Positions 47,401-59,285 of a stretch of 64,000 bases of DNA are shown here, one piece after another. Where the stretch lies: contig MU053216.1 of NCBI GenBank assembly GCA_013239625.1, forward strand, positions 560,001-624,000, read 5' to 3'. Origin of the DNA: Lama guanicoe (taxonomy: Eukaryota). The translations under genes and the position numbers were made by a program. Each line of letters begins with the position of its first letter. Within the stretch, counting starts at the first letter, position 1. Below the pieces are notes generated by a model. It was not told the DNA's origin. It searched no databases and saw only the letters and a program-made list of their open reading frames with translations.

Positions 47401-50400
47401 GGCCTGGATTGTCTCCTCCCCCTCCCTGGCCCTGCCCAGCATGGGGGAGCCGCTCAGTTCAACCACAGAGACATCAGATCCATGTGACACCACACCTGCC
47501 CCAAACGTAGGGTCCGAAAAGCTTCTCTCCCGTTGCCAAAAACTCCTCTATCACCCCGTCGTACTCCGCCTTGGCGGCCGCGATGAGGCAGGGCTCAGCC
47601 CACACCCGGCTCCTGGACACGAGGGCGCAGAGAAGGGGTGCTGTGCTCATGGCGGGGACCAGCCCCGCAGCACCTGCAGAAACTGGCCTCCATCTCACAC
47701 CAGGCCGACGACCGTGAAACTGCGGCCAGCCCCGGGGACAGGAGAGGCCAGCCACCCACACCGACCCGGAGAGTGCACTACACCTGAGGGGCCAGAGGAC
47801 CCTAGGCCAGCCCAGGGCGGTGGCCTGCCTGCCCTACGACACCAACACTGACCGCAGCCTTGCAAAAGCTACGCAGCCCTCCAGGCCTCAGTCTCCTCAT
47901 CTGTGGGAGGCACGGTGAAGAGAGGAGGAGGGTGTGGAAGCCCTGCTTCCCACAGTGGCTGGCGGAGGAGACACCGGTTTACCTCACTTCCCCGCAATGT
48001 GAAAAGACTTTCACGACCTAACCTCTGGAACTGAAAGAAACTTTAGAGAAAATCCAGTTAATGCTGATGGAAAAGCGTTGACTGTCTCAGGCGCCCCGGT
48101 GGTCCTGCGGCCATGAGGGAGAGTGCCTCGCTCCTTGGAGAAGCAGGCTGGTTCACCTAACGGTCCAGCGAAACAAAAGCAAACGCACACAAAGCTGGAA
48201 CTACTCCGGCAATGTGGCCGGGCAGACAGGTATTCAGTGCATCACTCTCCCAACTTCCGATCAGAAATGTTCAATTATGAGAGGGGGTTGGGAACAGCTC
48301 CATGTTAGAGTGTGTGCTTAGCGTGCATGAGGTCCTGGGTTCAATCCCCAGTGCCTCCATTAAAAAAAGTTAATCATGATATTTCCAGAGCAAAAAGATG
48401 AGAAAGCAAAGGTAAGGGGTGGGAGGAATGAAGAGGGTCCAGTCCGACGCAAAGTCAAGGCTGAAAGGGGACGGGAGGGACCAAGACCACCCGCGGACTC
48501 CGGGCCCTGCAGCCGAAGCCCACGTCCAGCCAAGGCCCCAGATGCTCAGTGGACCGCTCCTCACATGGACATTCCTAATCGAGGGACAGACGGCAAGGCG
48601 GGCTGGTGCGAGACCAGGACACGGGAAGATGGGGTGAGGGAAAGGCGGGCTGGGGGTGGGAGAGGCCAACAAGCTCGGGTCACACAGGGCTTCAAGTGCT
48701 GTGTGACACATTCGGGGGTGATCACTGTGGCCGCAGGACACAGAAACCAGGCCAACGACAACAGGGCGTGAGCTTCCCCAGGACAAGCAGGGGGGCGAGG
48801 GCAGGCCCCATGGGGCACCCACACTCGGGGGTGGGCGGAGGAGACCCGCAAGGAGACCACAACCAGGACGGCCGCATCACGGAGGCAGAGGTAGGTGGAC
48901 AGAGGCAGGTGAGGCGCAGGGCAGAAGGGCTGTCCTGTGTCCACCAGGCGTCCATATGCCCTCAGTCCAGGAGAGTCAGTGAGGCAGGGGGCTGGACTCC
49001 AATGGGTGGAAGTGGGGAGAGGGGGTGAGTACAGGCCAGAGCGGAACGTGGGCTCAGTGAGGTTTTGGGTGTGTTTTGTGCTTTTTTTCAGAGCTACGAG
49101 ACGTCATGCTCGGGGGCTGAAAGGGAAGAGGCAGTTGGGCTGCAGGTTTGAATGGAGGGTAAGTGATGGTTGATCAACAGCTCAGATGAAAAAATTTGCC
49201 CCGAACAGAAGGAAGGAAGGGCCCTCATCAGAATCCAGAGGGAAGGGAGGACAAGAGCAGACTGCGGGGACCTTGGGCGTGCAGGACACAATCGCCCCTA
49301 ACAGATTGAAGGTCCCAACAGAGCAGAGACAAGACCAGCCGCCTGGCGTGTGGGCCGGGGTCGGAACCGGAGCCCTGAGGACCTGGGTCAAGTCTCCGTT
49401 TAGGGAGGTGGGAGGCCTGCTGAGCCACGGAGCAGGGTGAGGTGAAGACTGCGTCTGCCGCGTGCCCCTCGGAAACCTCTCCAGCGTCTCTGCTGCCTGC
49501 CCTTCCGTCCCAGGGCGTGCGCAGTCTCCCTCTCTCCAACGCCCCGGCGCAGAGCGGGGAGGGGGCTGCAGGACCCCGGCCAGACGCACAGCAGGACACA
49601 GCACGGGGCCTGGGCGTCGCTGAGAGATGAGCAGTCACGCCTGGGCAGGACGGAAGCCGGGCAGGAGAGGCCGGCTGCCCAGGGCGTGAGGGGCGGGGAC
49701 GGGGAGCTGGTGGGAGTGGGGCTGCCCCAGGGCAGAGGCCAGCAGGGGGTCAGAGGGCTGCAGGGCCAAGCTGTCGCGAGTTCCTGATCCAGCCCAGTCC
49801 TCAGCGACGCGACGCCCGTGTCCCAGCCCTGGGACCCGGCGTGAGTCGGGGGAGGAGGTGGGGGTGGAGAAGGCCCAGGCCAGCCCAAAGCCGGGAGGTC
49901 TGCGTGGAGGAAGGGCGCCGGAGCAGGCCTGTGGGAGCCGCCCAGCGAGCCGCACCGCCACCCGCGGGCCCGCAGTTAGCCAAGTCCCCGGCCCTGCGTG
50001 CCGGCCGTCGGCAGCGAGAGCATCAAGGCCGGGCAAGCGGGGACCCAGACCACCCCCCCAGAACATGGATGCCGTCAGAAGCAATTAGTACACGCACAGT
50101 CAGCCTGGAATCTCACCGCCAGGATTCTAGGGCAAAAAGCACTGGGTTTGCAGGAGAAACCCTGGAATCTGAATCCCAGTCCCACCAGCCCTGTGGTGGT
50201 GCTCACACCTTCTCACCAAAGCCTCCGTCTGCTCATCTGCAAACTGGAGACAGCACCTCCCACGGCTTTGTGAGGATTAGAAAAGGTAACATACAGGAGG
50301 CCGGTGGGGAACGTTCACCCATCTCTTCTCCCAGAATTCTCCTCCTGTGGCAACAGGGACTGAAACTGGGGGCCTGCTTTGCCAGGAGACCCTCCTGCTT

Positions 50401-53400
50401 CACAAACCCCCATAAGACCCTACGATATGACCCACCCGGGGGGCGAGGACCGTCCACCTGACAGGGGAAGGGGTAGGCCATCGGGCCCGTTACCCAGGTT
50501 CTGTCCCTGGATTGACCTACTGTCTTCACTTTCGCACAGAGGGTTCAAATAAAGTGCGGTGGCCTGGTGTGTTCAGAAACCACTGCTCCCTCATTTCCAC
50601 CAGGAGCTCATCCTGTTACTCACAGAACCGTAGCAAGAGTAAGCACCCTAAGATCATTCCTCTGCTTGTCCGGTTTCCTGGCAGCTGACGTGCCTCTGGG
50701 CACCTATACCCTGTCCACCAGGAAAGGGACCTTCTCTCTCCAGACTGGTTCTCTTCTGAGTGTGTGGCTGGAAGCAGACACCACCGCAGCCACACTGATC
50801 ACTCTCTGACCCGCGGACAGAGGACCACGATGCAGGGGATGCTGCTACGCCCGGCTCAAAGCCAGAGGCTGGCAACAGACCCTGTGTGTCCGGGAGCGCA
50901 GAGCCTGGAGGGGAGGACAGCTTCCTGTTTATACCAGGTTACGCGGGGAGAGAAGACAACAGTGGGCCTAATGTGAACTGTGGACTTTGGTCGATAAGAA
51001 CGTGCCCGTGTTGGTTCAGCGACTGTACCAAACGTGCCACACAGATGAGCGATGCTGAGGGTGGGGAGTATACATGTGTGGGTGGGGAGGGCTATGTGCA
51101 CTCTGTATCTTCTGCTCAATTCTGCTATGAACCTGAAACTGCTCTAAAAAATAAAGTCTATTAGCTAAAAAAAAAAGACAACAGTGGGAAACAGCTGCAC
51201 TCCTGGTCAAATTTCTCTTCTTGGGAAACCTTAAAAAATCCTTATTTATCTCTGCTAACCCCATCCCCCGCTGCAGTGAGGGACCTGTCACCACAGGCTC
51301 AGGCTTCTGCATCGGGGCAGAGGGATGGGAGCTACCACGCTCCTGTCCAGGCAGACCGTGAAGTCAAGGTCACGTGTTCTAGGAATTATGTGCCAGAGAA
51401 AATGAGATTTGGTTCAAACACAAAAAAAACAAATATGGTTGCTAGAAGGTGATTTAGAACTTAAAGGTACCAACAAAGGTCGCTCTCCTGAACTACTGCC
51501 CGAGCTCCAATCTGCCTCTGCGAGATGGCCCAGGAGAGCCTGCTCAGCACAGACGCAGGGTGAGAACAGGGCTGGGGGGGCACGGGGACTACAGGGGAGG
51601 GCGTGCTGTGCCACACAAAGGCCCTGGGCTCGGGAGGCTCCCACCACCCCGAGAACCACCCCGGCAGGTCCAGGGGCCAGTCAGAGACCTCTGTGCCTCG
51701 GAGGGCAGTCCAGTCTTGCCTGCAGGGGCCTGGTCTCCTACCTGGGTCCAACATCGGCCGAAACCAGATCTCCAACGGCCAGAGCTACCAGGTAGGAGGG
51801 GATGGGATGACACATCTGGAAGAAGAACTTATTTGGACCTCTCTCCTCCCAGGTGTTAGCACTCATCACAGCAGTGAAGCCGTCTGGGACCTGACAACAG
51901 AGAAACCTTAGGCAACCTCACCTGGACAGAGTCTGCTTTTGCTGAGCTGGAAGGGCAGAAGGTCCGCCACCTGCGTGGTGCTGATGGTGACCTGCAGTCC
52001 ACCTTGGGAAGCACGAAGGCTTCATGAAACTGAACTTGTGCTAACCTGATGGGACTGAGCACAGATACAATTTCTGCAGGTGGAGGAGGTTCCCAGAGGC
52101 CCCCTGGGCGGGGAGTACACTACTAACTGAAATGAGGCCCGGCAGGTCTGAAACGATCATTTCAATCCCAGGGGCAGGGACACCTGCCCTCGGCCCCTCA
52201 CCTCCACAAGAGCAGAGTATCTGAACTTCACTGCAGGGGTGTCGAAGCAAGGAAAGAAGGCACGGTTCAGGACGGCCTGACCCTGGGTGTAGACGAAGGG
52301 CTTCTTTCCTGCCGTCTGCTCTGGGGCCAACCAGCAAACCTGAGAGGAGGCGAGAACATTCAGATCGACACCTGCATGAGCCCAGTGCAGCTGGAGGGAG
52401 GCGCTGGCTGGACGGGAGACTCTCAGGTACCCAAATTCTGCCAATGGCGAAAAGGAGTTCCCCTGGAGAACAGACACAACTGTGGGGGTGAGGATATATG
52501 TCAGCCCCACATGCTGTCTAGAGTTTGGAGAAGAGTCAGAGGATTCCAGGAGGGTCTCAAGGGAAGCAAAACTCCCTGGCTGGGCCTTGGAAAGTGGACA
52601 GGACTGAGGTGGCTGGACAGGAAGGCAGAGGACGTCCTCCAGGAGGCGGGCAGCATCGTGAGGAAGGTGAGGAGGGATGTGGCCCCATACGGAGGTGGGA
52701 GGTGCACCTGGACAGGTGGGATGAAGGACTCTGAACACAGAGACATCTGAGACTGATTTTTAAGAAGCATAAGGGAGGCACACTGGGATGCTGGGTTTTT
52801 CTCTGGTCGTGTGTGTGTGTGTGTGTGTGTGTCTCCTTCCAGAGTCCAGTACAGACGGAAAGATGGGGAGAGAGAGTAACATCTCAGTGGAGAAACCCAA
52901 CAAGCCCTGCCTCAGCCAGGTGGCCAGAGGTCAACACAGCCATCACAAGTCACACTGACACTACGAGCCCTCAACACGACATTACAAAAATGGCCCTTAT
53001 CTCTGCGAACTTCCATTCAATTTTGCTGGGAAACCAAAACTGCTCTAAAAAATAGTCTATTACAAACCAACCAACCAACCCCATAACCCCATATCTAATC
53101 ACAAGAAAAACATCAGGCAAATTCCAAAAGAGGGGCACCCCACTCCTTGAAACTACCAAGGTCACCCACACAGGGAGGTTTGAGAAGCCGCCACAGCCAA
53201 GAGGAGCCCGAGGACACGTGGTGGCTGAACGGCCTGTGGACTTCTGGACAGGATCTTGGTGCAGAAAGACACTAGTTAAAAACTAAGGAAATCCAAAGAC
53301 ACTGTAGACTCTAGTTAATACCAAGGTATCAAAACTGGCCCGACAACTGTAAGAAATGCATCCTACTGTAAAACTAACCAAGCAGAAACTGTGTGTGGAG

Positions 53401-55430
53401 GGGGCTTGGGGAACTCTGTACTACCTGCTCAGTTTTTCTCTTAAAAAAGAATCCTGCTGGAATTTGACACAACACCGTGGGGTGATTGTGAATCAATAAA
53501 AAATTAAAAAAAAAAAAAAAGAATCCTAGTGTGGAGGGTCCAGCTCAGTGGTAGAGCACATGCTTAGCATGCATGAGGTCGTGAGTTCAATCCCCAATGC
53601 CTCCATTAAATAAATAAATAAGTAAACTTAATTACCTCCCCCTGAAAAAAATTTACTTTTAATCCTATTAATGGCAAAGACTGTAGCAAGCTGGCAATAA
53701 AAGTGAACACTTGCAGAACCCCACGAGGTGCCAGGCTCTGCATTAGACAGAACAAAGACAGCTCCTGTAACTTCTGTCAGACTCATGTCCATAAAGACTG
53801 ACCACCATCCCCTCCACCATGACTCCTTACTCATCATCTCTGCTTGAGTTCTGTCTGTTTTTGTTTTAGTCTGGAGGAGGCTAGCGGGACATACACTACA
53901 GAGTCCATGTCTGGGTGGAGGTGAGCGCCCTCAGTAGGATGGTGGCAACGAGAAGGAGCAGGTGCAAGGCCGTCAGTGGAGACCTGCACAGGGCGAAGGG
54001 CAGTGCTTTGTCAAGTGTGGATCTCTGCCATCATGTCTGAAAGGAAAGCTATGCAGTTTGGGGCAAGGTGGCAGGGAGGGTATAGCTCAGTGGTAGAAAT
54101 GTGTGCATGACGTCCTGGGTTCAATCCCCAGTACCTCCACGAAAAATAAATAAACTTAAAAATATATATATTTCAAAAAGCTATGTAGTTTGGATATTTC
54201 TTCAAAATTTTCCAGTTATCCTATTTAATCTCTGCCTCAAACCAGGAACCAGAACATAACAGAGCAAACACGGTCCCAGATGTCATGTCTCCCTAGTGGT
54301 CCCTGGGTTTTTCCTTTGTGGTTCCTTTATTTCCAGAATGGTGAGAGACGGAAACAGAACTGCCCTCTTGAGCAAGTTCCAACAGCAAAAGGGGAAATGC
54401 TACCAGAGCAACAAATGCCAAGAGTAGGCAGGCACCAGCTGTGAGCCTCGGAGCCCACCCTACCCAGGAAAGGACTGGCAGCTGCGCCAGGCCTCTCGTG
54501 AGGACTCTGCGACTCTCAGGGACGCGGGCACATCTTTTCCCTTCTGATTTCCTCCCGATTAAGACTTAAGAGTCAACCAGCAGTGACAAAGCCAAGAAGC
54601 CTAATTCCAGCTCTCACTTTTACTCAAATCCTTCTGTGCACCAAAGCCAGGACTTCGTGAGAGGACGCACTAACTGGCCGGTTTCAGAGCTGTCTCAGCC
54701 CAACGCCCTGGTAGGGCACCTGGAACAAAGGGCTGAGTCAGCACAGGGCAACGAGCCCGCGCCGGCAGGGCCTCCGCAGAGCAGAAGGAAGAGGCTCACC
54801 ACCGGGCCGGGCAGGGACAGCCCCTAAGCTCACTTCCTGAACCTGCGCGGTCCAGGGAGCCGGGAGCGTGCGGTGGGCTCCTGGGGCACAGGCGGGCCAG
54901 GGATGGCGGTGCGGTGACGGGGCACAGGGGACGTCTGGAGGACAGGCGGGAGCGACAGGAGGGGCTGTGGGCGTCTGGACCAGGGCTGGCCGGAGGAGGG
55001 GCGCGGGGAGGGGACACTCACCCCGGGTCCCTCGCCGACGTGGTAGGTGAGCTGCACGCGCACGCGCTCGCCGGCGCCGCACGGCTGCGGGAAGTGCACG
55101 CACAGCGCCTGCCCGTAGTGCGAGAAGGGCCGCGTGCTCACCGGCACCGGCTCGGGCTCCGGCTCCGGCTGCCCCGCGCCCCGCGGACCCCGCCGCAGCG
55201 CCGCCGCCGTCACCTCCACGCACGGGTGCGAGTCCAGCCGCAGCTCCGCGGCGCCGCCGGGCTCGAGGCAGCGCAGCTCCAGCACCGCCGAGCCGTTCAG
55301 CCCGCGGCTGCCCGGGCCCGGCCCGGGAGGCCCGAACTCGACCCGCAGGTCCAGGTGCAGGTGCAGCAGCTGGAAGGCGGGGAAGTTGGAGGCCGACGCC
55401 ACGTCCTCGGCCGGCGCCGAGCGCAGCACC
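41327..55430 (-). CDS. RNPEP: Aminopeptidase B (arginyl aminopeptidase, M1 zinc metallopeptidase), spliced CDS span, 11 coding exons; 5' end in assembly gap
   Basis: Has the GGMEN exopeptidase motif, the HEVSH-X18-E zinc motif ([24 protein letters not shown]), YNETPYEKG, and C-terminus [14 protein letters not shown]...QQIVAPTGT*. All introns are GT-AG and phase-consistent. It is adjacent to ELF3, as in other mammals. Confidence 0.99.
42073..42114. repeat. Perfect 21-bp tandem duplication (cctctccccagagaccagcac x2) in RNPEP intron 10
   Basis: Direct inspection. Confidence 0.9.
42309..42451 (-). CDS. RNPEP: RNPEP exon 10
   Basis: tttctccag|GG ... CAG|gtgggt; [48 protein letters not shown]. 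Confidence 0.97.
43047..43119 (-). mobile_element. tRNA-Ala-derived SINE head in RNPEP intron 9
   Basis: Reverse complement reads gggagggtgtagctcagcggtagagtgcgtgcttagcatgttcgaggtcctgggctcaacccccag. Confidence 0.85.
43275..43499 (-). CDS. RNPEP: RNPEP exon 9
   Basis: caaacag|GG ... GCCG|gtgaga; [75 protein letters not shown]. Confidence 0.97.
44323..44431 (-). CDS. RNPEP: RNPEP exon 8
   Basis: ctcacag|GCC ... CCAG|gtgagc; [36 protein letters not shown]. Confidence 0.97.
44515..44627 (-). CDS. RNPEP: RNPEP exon 7
   Basis: cctgcag|GT ... AAG|gtgcag; [38 protein letters not shown]. Confidence 0.97.
45274..45387 (-). CDS. RNPEP: RNPEP exon 6
   Basis: tgtgcag|GG ... CCAG|gtgggt; [38 protein letters not shown]. 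Confidence 0.97.
46864..47099 (-). CDS. RNPEP: RNPEP exon 5 (catalytic GGMEN and HEXXH motifs)
   Basis: [79 protein letters not shown]; donor TTTG|gtgagc. Confidence 0.98.
47496..47612 (-). CDS. RNPEP: RNPEP exon 4
   Basis: tgtccag|G ... GGCAG|gtgtgg; [39 protein letters not shown]. Confidence 0.97.
48283..48368 (+). mobile_element. tRNA-Ala-derived SINE in RNPEP intron 3
   Basis: gtgcttagcgtgcatgaggtcctgggttcaatccccagtgcctccattaaaaaaa. Confidence 0.85.
50967..51174 (+). mobile_element. 5'-truncated L1M 3' end with perfect 14-bp TSD in RNPEP intron 3
   Basis: cctaatgtgaactgtggactttgg...aaactgctctaaaaaataaagtctatt plus poly-A; TSD aagacaacagtggg at 50953-50966 and 51175-51188. Confidence 0.85.
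51742..51890 (-). CDS. RNPEP: RNPEP exon 3
   Basis: ttgtcag|GTC ... CCCAG|gtagga; [49 protein letters not shown]. Confidence 0.97.
52202..52339 (-). CDS. RNPEP: RNPEP exon 2
   Basis: ctctcag|GTT ... GAG|gtgagg; [46 protein letters not shown]. Confidence 0.97.
52810..52832. repeat. (TG)n microsatellite in RNPEP intron 1
   Basis: Perfect tg run. Confidence 0.9.
52850..53445 (+). mobile_element. L1MC-like 3' UTR remnant in RNPEP intron 1
   Basis: gaaaaacatcaggcaaattcc...ggatcttggtgcagaaagacactagttaaaaactaaggaaatcc...gggaactctgtactacctgctcagtttttct. Confidence 0.65.
53456..53514 (+). mobile_element. Ultra-short L1 3' terminus insertion with 13-bp TSD
   Basis: gaatttgacacaacacc...caataaaaaattaaaaaaaa flanked by aaaaaagaatcct (53443-53455, 53515-53527). 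Confidence 0.75.
53531..53652 (+). mobile_element. tRNA-Ala-derived SINE in RNPEP intron 1
   Basis: gagggtccagctcagtggtagagcacatgcttagcatgcatgaggtc...ttcaatcccc followed by an (AAAT)n tail. Confidence 0.88.
54062..54176 (+). mobile_element. tRNA-Ala-derived SINE with 17-bp TSD
   Basis: gggagggtatagctcagtggtag...ctgggttcaatccccagtacctcc; TSD aaagctatg(c/t)agtttgg at 54045-54061 and 54177-54193. Confidence 0.9.
55022..55430 (-). CDS. RNPEP: RNPEP exon 1 (partial; ATG not visible, N gap 55431-55469)
   Basis: [36 protein letters not shown]...[10 protein letters not shown]|gtgagt. Confidence 0.95.
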
Positions 55431-55469
55431 NNNNNNNNNNNNNNNNNNNNNNNNNNNNNNNNNNNNNNN
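55431..55469. other. Assembly gap (39 N) covering the RNPEP start codon/5' UTR
   Basis: Run of n characters in extremely GC-rich sequence. Confidence 0.99.
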
Positions 55470-56959
55470 GCCCCCGCCCCGCCCACAGGCCCCGCCCTCC
55501 CGCCACAGCCCTTCCCCCCAGCGCAGGCCCCGCTCCTAAGCGCAGACCAAGCGAGGCTGCTCGCTAGGGCCCCGGGCGCCGTTGTGCAGACCTCGCCCCC
55601 ACCCACCCCCGCCACCGCCCTGGGCCCGCCGCAGGCCCCGCCCCTCAGGCCCCGCCCACAGCACAGGGCACGCCCCCAGCGCCCCGGGCGCCCGCAGACC
55701 ACGCCCTGAAACAGGCCGGGCCTCGCCCCTCCTGCGGCTCCCCAGAGCCCCCCTCCCAGCTCTGCCCGCACCGCAGGATTTGGACAGTGTGGGTGGGACA
55801 ACTGGGTCCACCTCTGTTCGAATTCATCCCCGTGTCCGACTCCAGGCTGGCCGCACCGAGCCCGGATTGCAGGGGTCTGGGTTCCAGATCGTACGCTCGC
55901 ACTCGGCCAGTTGTTGGGGCCTCGTCGCCTTGGGCAAACCTCCGCCAAGAAAGGGGACTCTTTCCCAGCCTTTGGCACGGTGCAACAGGAGGAATTATAC
56001 CAGTCTCTCGAGTCCACTGTGTTCTGTGTCTAAACACACCTGGGAAACAGCACGGAATCCACACTTGCCGCGTTCTCCCGGAGCTCCGGGCGCGCAAGGG
56101 CTGGGGACAAGCAGAGTCTCAGAGGACAGCTCCCTGAGCCGCCACGCCCCGACCGCGTGCTTGGTTTCTCTCCTGCACCAGTGGTGGCAGTGGCCCTCTG
56201 TGACCAGGAGCAAGTCAGTGGTGAGATTTTTACCAATCGGACAGGAAATGAGATTTTTTTAAAGTAGGGAGTTTTTCACAAAAGGAAACATTATCCTAGC
56301 ATATGCTTCCAGTTTTCCAGGGTTAAATACATCTTATTTTATAAGATGTTTGTGGCAGATGTTTTTAAATTCCATAAAGTCAACGTTAGGTTTTTTTTTT
56401 TTAACTTACTGGTGAGCAAAATCCCCAAACTTTGGAAAACCACTTTTCAGACATTCAATGCATCTACCTTCAAGTTACCCATTCTCTACAGACCAGCTGC
56501 TGTGCTGGGTGCTGGAGATACAGCCTAAGCACACCTGCCACAGTGCCTGTCCCAGCGGTGCTCGCAGGCCAACTCACACTTCAATTTACAGAAGGAACAA
56601 AGGTCATGACAATTCCCCGTGCTGTGCTATGACCTGGGAAGAGCAGGGTGCCTCAGGAAGGCGAGGGGACATGGGGCCTGATCTGTCCAGTGTGTATCGT
56701 TAGAGGAAGAGGGCCTTTTATCTTTGGCTGCAGAGCAAAACATCTGTGGAGCTATGACGTTTGTTCTTCTAGCATTAACTTATCCCTGGGAATACAAGTG
56801 GCTACCTCCAGCCCCCTCAGTGCTGCTTCCCCTGTAAATGGCACCCTAACAACTCACGCACAGCAGAGACAGTCAGGAAAGCCTTCTGAGACAGCCTACC
56901 TCTTCCCCAAACGGCTTTCATTATTTATTTCCCTTTGAACGCTTAGAATGCCAACATAT

Positions 56960-58330
56960 CTTGGATTTTGAAATAATGGCCTTCTGGAATCGATGAAAGC
57001 ATGATTCTAAAGATTTAAAAGCCACAACAAATTGCAAGCAAAAATACAAAGATAAACCATACAGACATGTTTTGGTTAAACTGAGAAGACAAAGACAAAG
57101 ATCTTAAGACTAGCCAAATTAAAAACAGGTTACTTATAAAAGAATGACAGAGGGGAGGGTACAGCTCAGTGGTAGAGTGCATGCTCAGCACACATGAGGT
57201 CCTGGGTTCAATCCCCAGTACCTCCCTTAAAAAAAAGAAAAAACCTAACTACACCACCTCCCAAAGAAATTAACACAACATGATAAACCAACTATACTTC
57301 AATTTAAAAAACACTTATTTTTTTTTAAAATGATGACTGGAAACTGGACCAACTGGATCGCTCTCAGTAGCAGCGATCACAGCCAGAGGCATTTCCTTAA
57401 AAACAAAAAACACAAACTGGGAAAAACCTGTCAACTTAGAATTGCATACCCAACTAAACTGTTACTCAAGAATGAAGGCAAATAGAGTTTTAGATAGCAA
57501 AATTCAGTGTTTAGCATCAGCAGACTCCCACTAAAGGAATTCTAAAGGAATTCTACTTCAAGAAAGAAAAATGATCACAGAAGGAATGAGATGCAAGAAG
57601 GAACAGTGAGCAAAGAAAAGTGGGAAATTTTAAATACTGTATAAAACACCAATAATAAATTAATGTTTGCATGAGGGAATCAGGATGAAATGAAAATATT
57701 AGACTAAACGTACACAAGAAGGGGGTGACTGAAGTTCTAAGCTCCTTGGATTAGTAGGCAAAGAGTAGATTTAGGGATAAATGTGAGTTTTTTTCTTAGG
57801 TATGTGTATTCAGATTCTAAAGAAAACCACTTGAAAAATATAAAATGGTTATAACTCACAAGCCAGCAAATGGGAAACCATGTAGTATAAAAAAAATCAA
57901 GGAAAAAAAGAAAACAAACTGGCTATGTTAGTAGTTACCCAGGCTGGGGGAGTTACCTAAACACAGGCTCAAAATACAGAAAACAAAAACTAGAATTACA
58001 AGGGAAAATGGGCAAATCTGCAACACAGTGAGAGACTCTGCATACCCACCCCCCGTAACTAAGAGCTCAGACAAGTTATGCAGACATGAGATCTGCACAA
58101 AAGTGTTACAGCCTTGACCTAATCAACACACAACAAATTCTGCACCTAACAGTTAGAGGAAACACACAAAACTAACCATAGACAGGCCACGAGAACTCTC
58201 ACCAAGTGAAAGAATCAATTTCTTTGACCACAGTACAATTGTGTTAAAGCCAACGCTGGGAAAAGTTCTCCACAGATCACATGCATTCCTGCACATCCTG
58301 CGAAGCGAGGCGCTGACTACCCTTTGCTCT
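56960..58330 (+). mobile_element. Old L1M remnant (ORF1 end/ORF2 start), interrupted by a SINE
   Basis: A-rich strand bias; tgtcaacttagaattgcatacccaactaaactgttactcaagaatgaaggcaaaata resembles the L1 ORF1 C-terminus. Confidence 0.7.
57152..57312 (+). mobile_element. tRNA-Ala-derived SINE followed by an L1-type 3' terminus
   Basis: ggggagggtacagctcagtggtagagtgcatgctcagc...; then gaaattaacacaacatgataaaccaactatacttcaatttaaaaaa. Confidence 0.88.
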
Positions 58331-58419
58331 GGACTCTCTTGGAGGTTGCTTCTACAGAGAACAACTCTGAAAGACAGACGGTGACTTCCTCTAGAACAAA
58401 GGCTGAGTTTGCTTATCAG

Positions 58420-58630
58420 AGCGATTCTCAACCAGCAGTGGCTCTGCCCGCTAGCAGATACTTGACGGTGTCTGGAGACACATGTAGGGGTTACAACTGA
58501 GAGAGGCGGTGTCTCTGGCATCCAGGGGCAGAGGCCAGGGGTGCTGCAGCCCACAATGCACAGGACAGTTCCCCACAACTGACTACCCAGCCCCAGATGT
58601 CTGCAGCGGCAAGGCTGATAAACGCTGGCT
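58420..58630 (+). mobile_element. MER20-like hAT DNA transposon relic
   Basis: gcgattctcaacc...gtgtctggagacac...tggcatccaggggcagaggccaggggtgctgc...cacaatgcacaggacag. Confidence 0.75.
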
Positions 58631-58959
58631 TACGACCTTAGCCGGCAGAGTAGTGTCCCCCTTTGGAACCAAGGAGCGTCACGTTTACTGTCTAGGACAA
58701 TGAAGGTGACTCTCTCCCTCAAGGCAGAAGGCAGGGATGCTACTGCCCACTGCACATGCTCCCGGTGCCCTGAGCTCAAGGCTCCTCTCCCACAGTGCCG
58801 TTCGCTCAGCATGCAGGTGCCCTACTCTGTCAGAGAAGTTCCTGAGGCAGAAGAACGTATCAGAGAGGAACTGGGGTCTCTGAAGTAACGGATTCCTTGA
58901 AATGGAATCAACATAGGTAAAATGAAATTAACCTTTTTATTTTTAATTGCTCCAAGACA

Positions 58960-59285
58960 GAGGTGGCAACTTTTTTTTCCTCTAAAGGACAAATATTTCG
59001 GGCGTTGCATGCCCTGTGGTCTCCGCTGCGAGCACTTAATTAACTCTGTTTATGGGATGAGTGCTGCCATCGTCAGGTGTGGAGTCAGGACTGGCCGTGC
59101 ATCAGGGAAGCTCTGTTTGTGGACACTGGGATTTTAATTCCATGTAATTTTCACGTGTCATAAAGTCTTCTCCGTCTTTTGATTTTTTCAACCATTAGAA
59201 AAATTTTAAAGCCATTCTTCACTCACAGGCCATAAAAAAGAGGTGGCAGGGTGAGTTTGGCTGCTGGCTTGACTTCCGCTGTAAG
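58960..59285 (+). mobile_element. MER58-like hAT DNA transposon relic
   Basis: ggtggcaacttttttt..ctctaaagg...aattttcacgtgtcataaa...caggccataaaaaagaggtggcagg. Confidence 0.7.

Larger units (their letters stand above)
54750..55780 (-). promoter_or_regulatory. RNPEP: RNPEP CpG-island promoter with multiple GC boxes
   Basis: Very dense CpG, with repeated CCCCGCCC (Sp/KLF) motifs at 55471-55660 just upstream of exon 1. No TATA box seen. Confidence 0.85.

Noticed and set aside
46679..47851. 390-aa plus-strand ORF
   Set aside because: It is antisense to RNPEP exons 4-5 and has the low-complexity G/P/R composition typical of GC-rich noise.
57152..57226. tRNA-Ala-like sequences, here and at the other SINE heads
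   Set aside because: They have mismatched stems/anticodon arms, A-rich tails and in some cases TSDs, so they are SINEs rather than tRNA genes.
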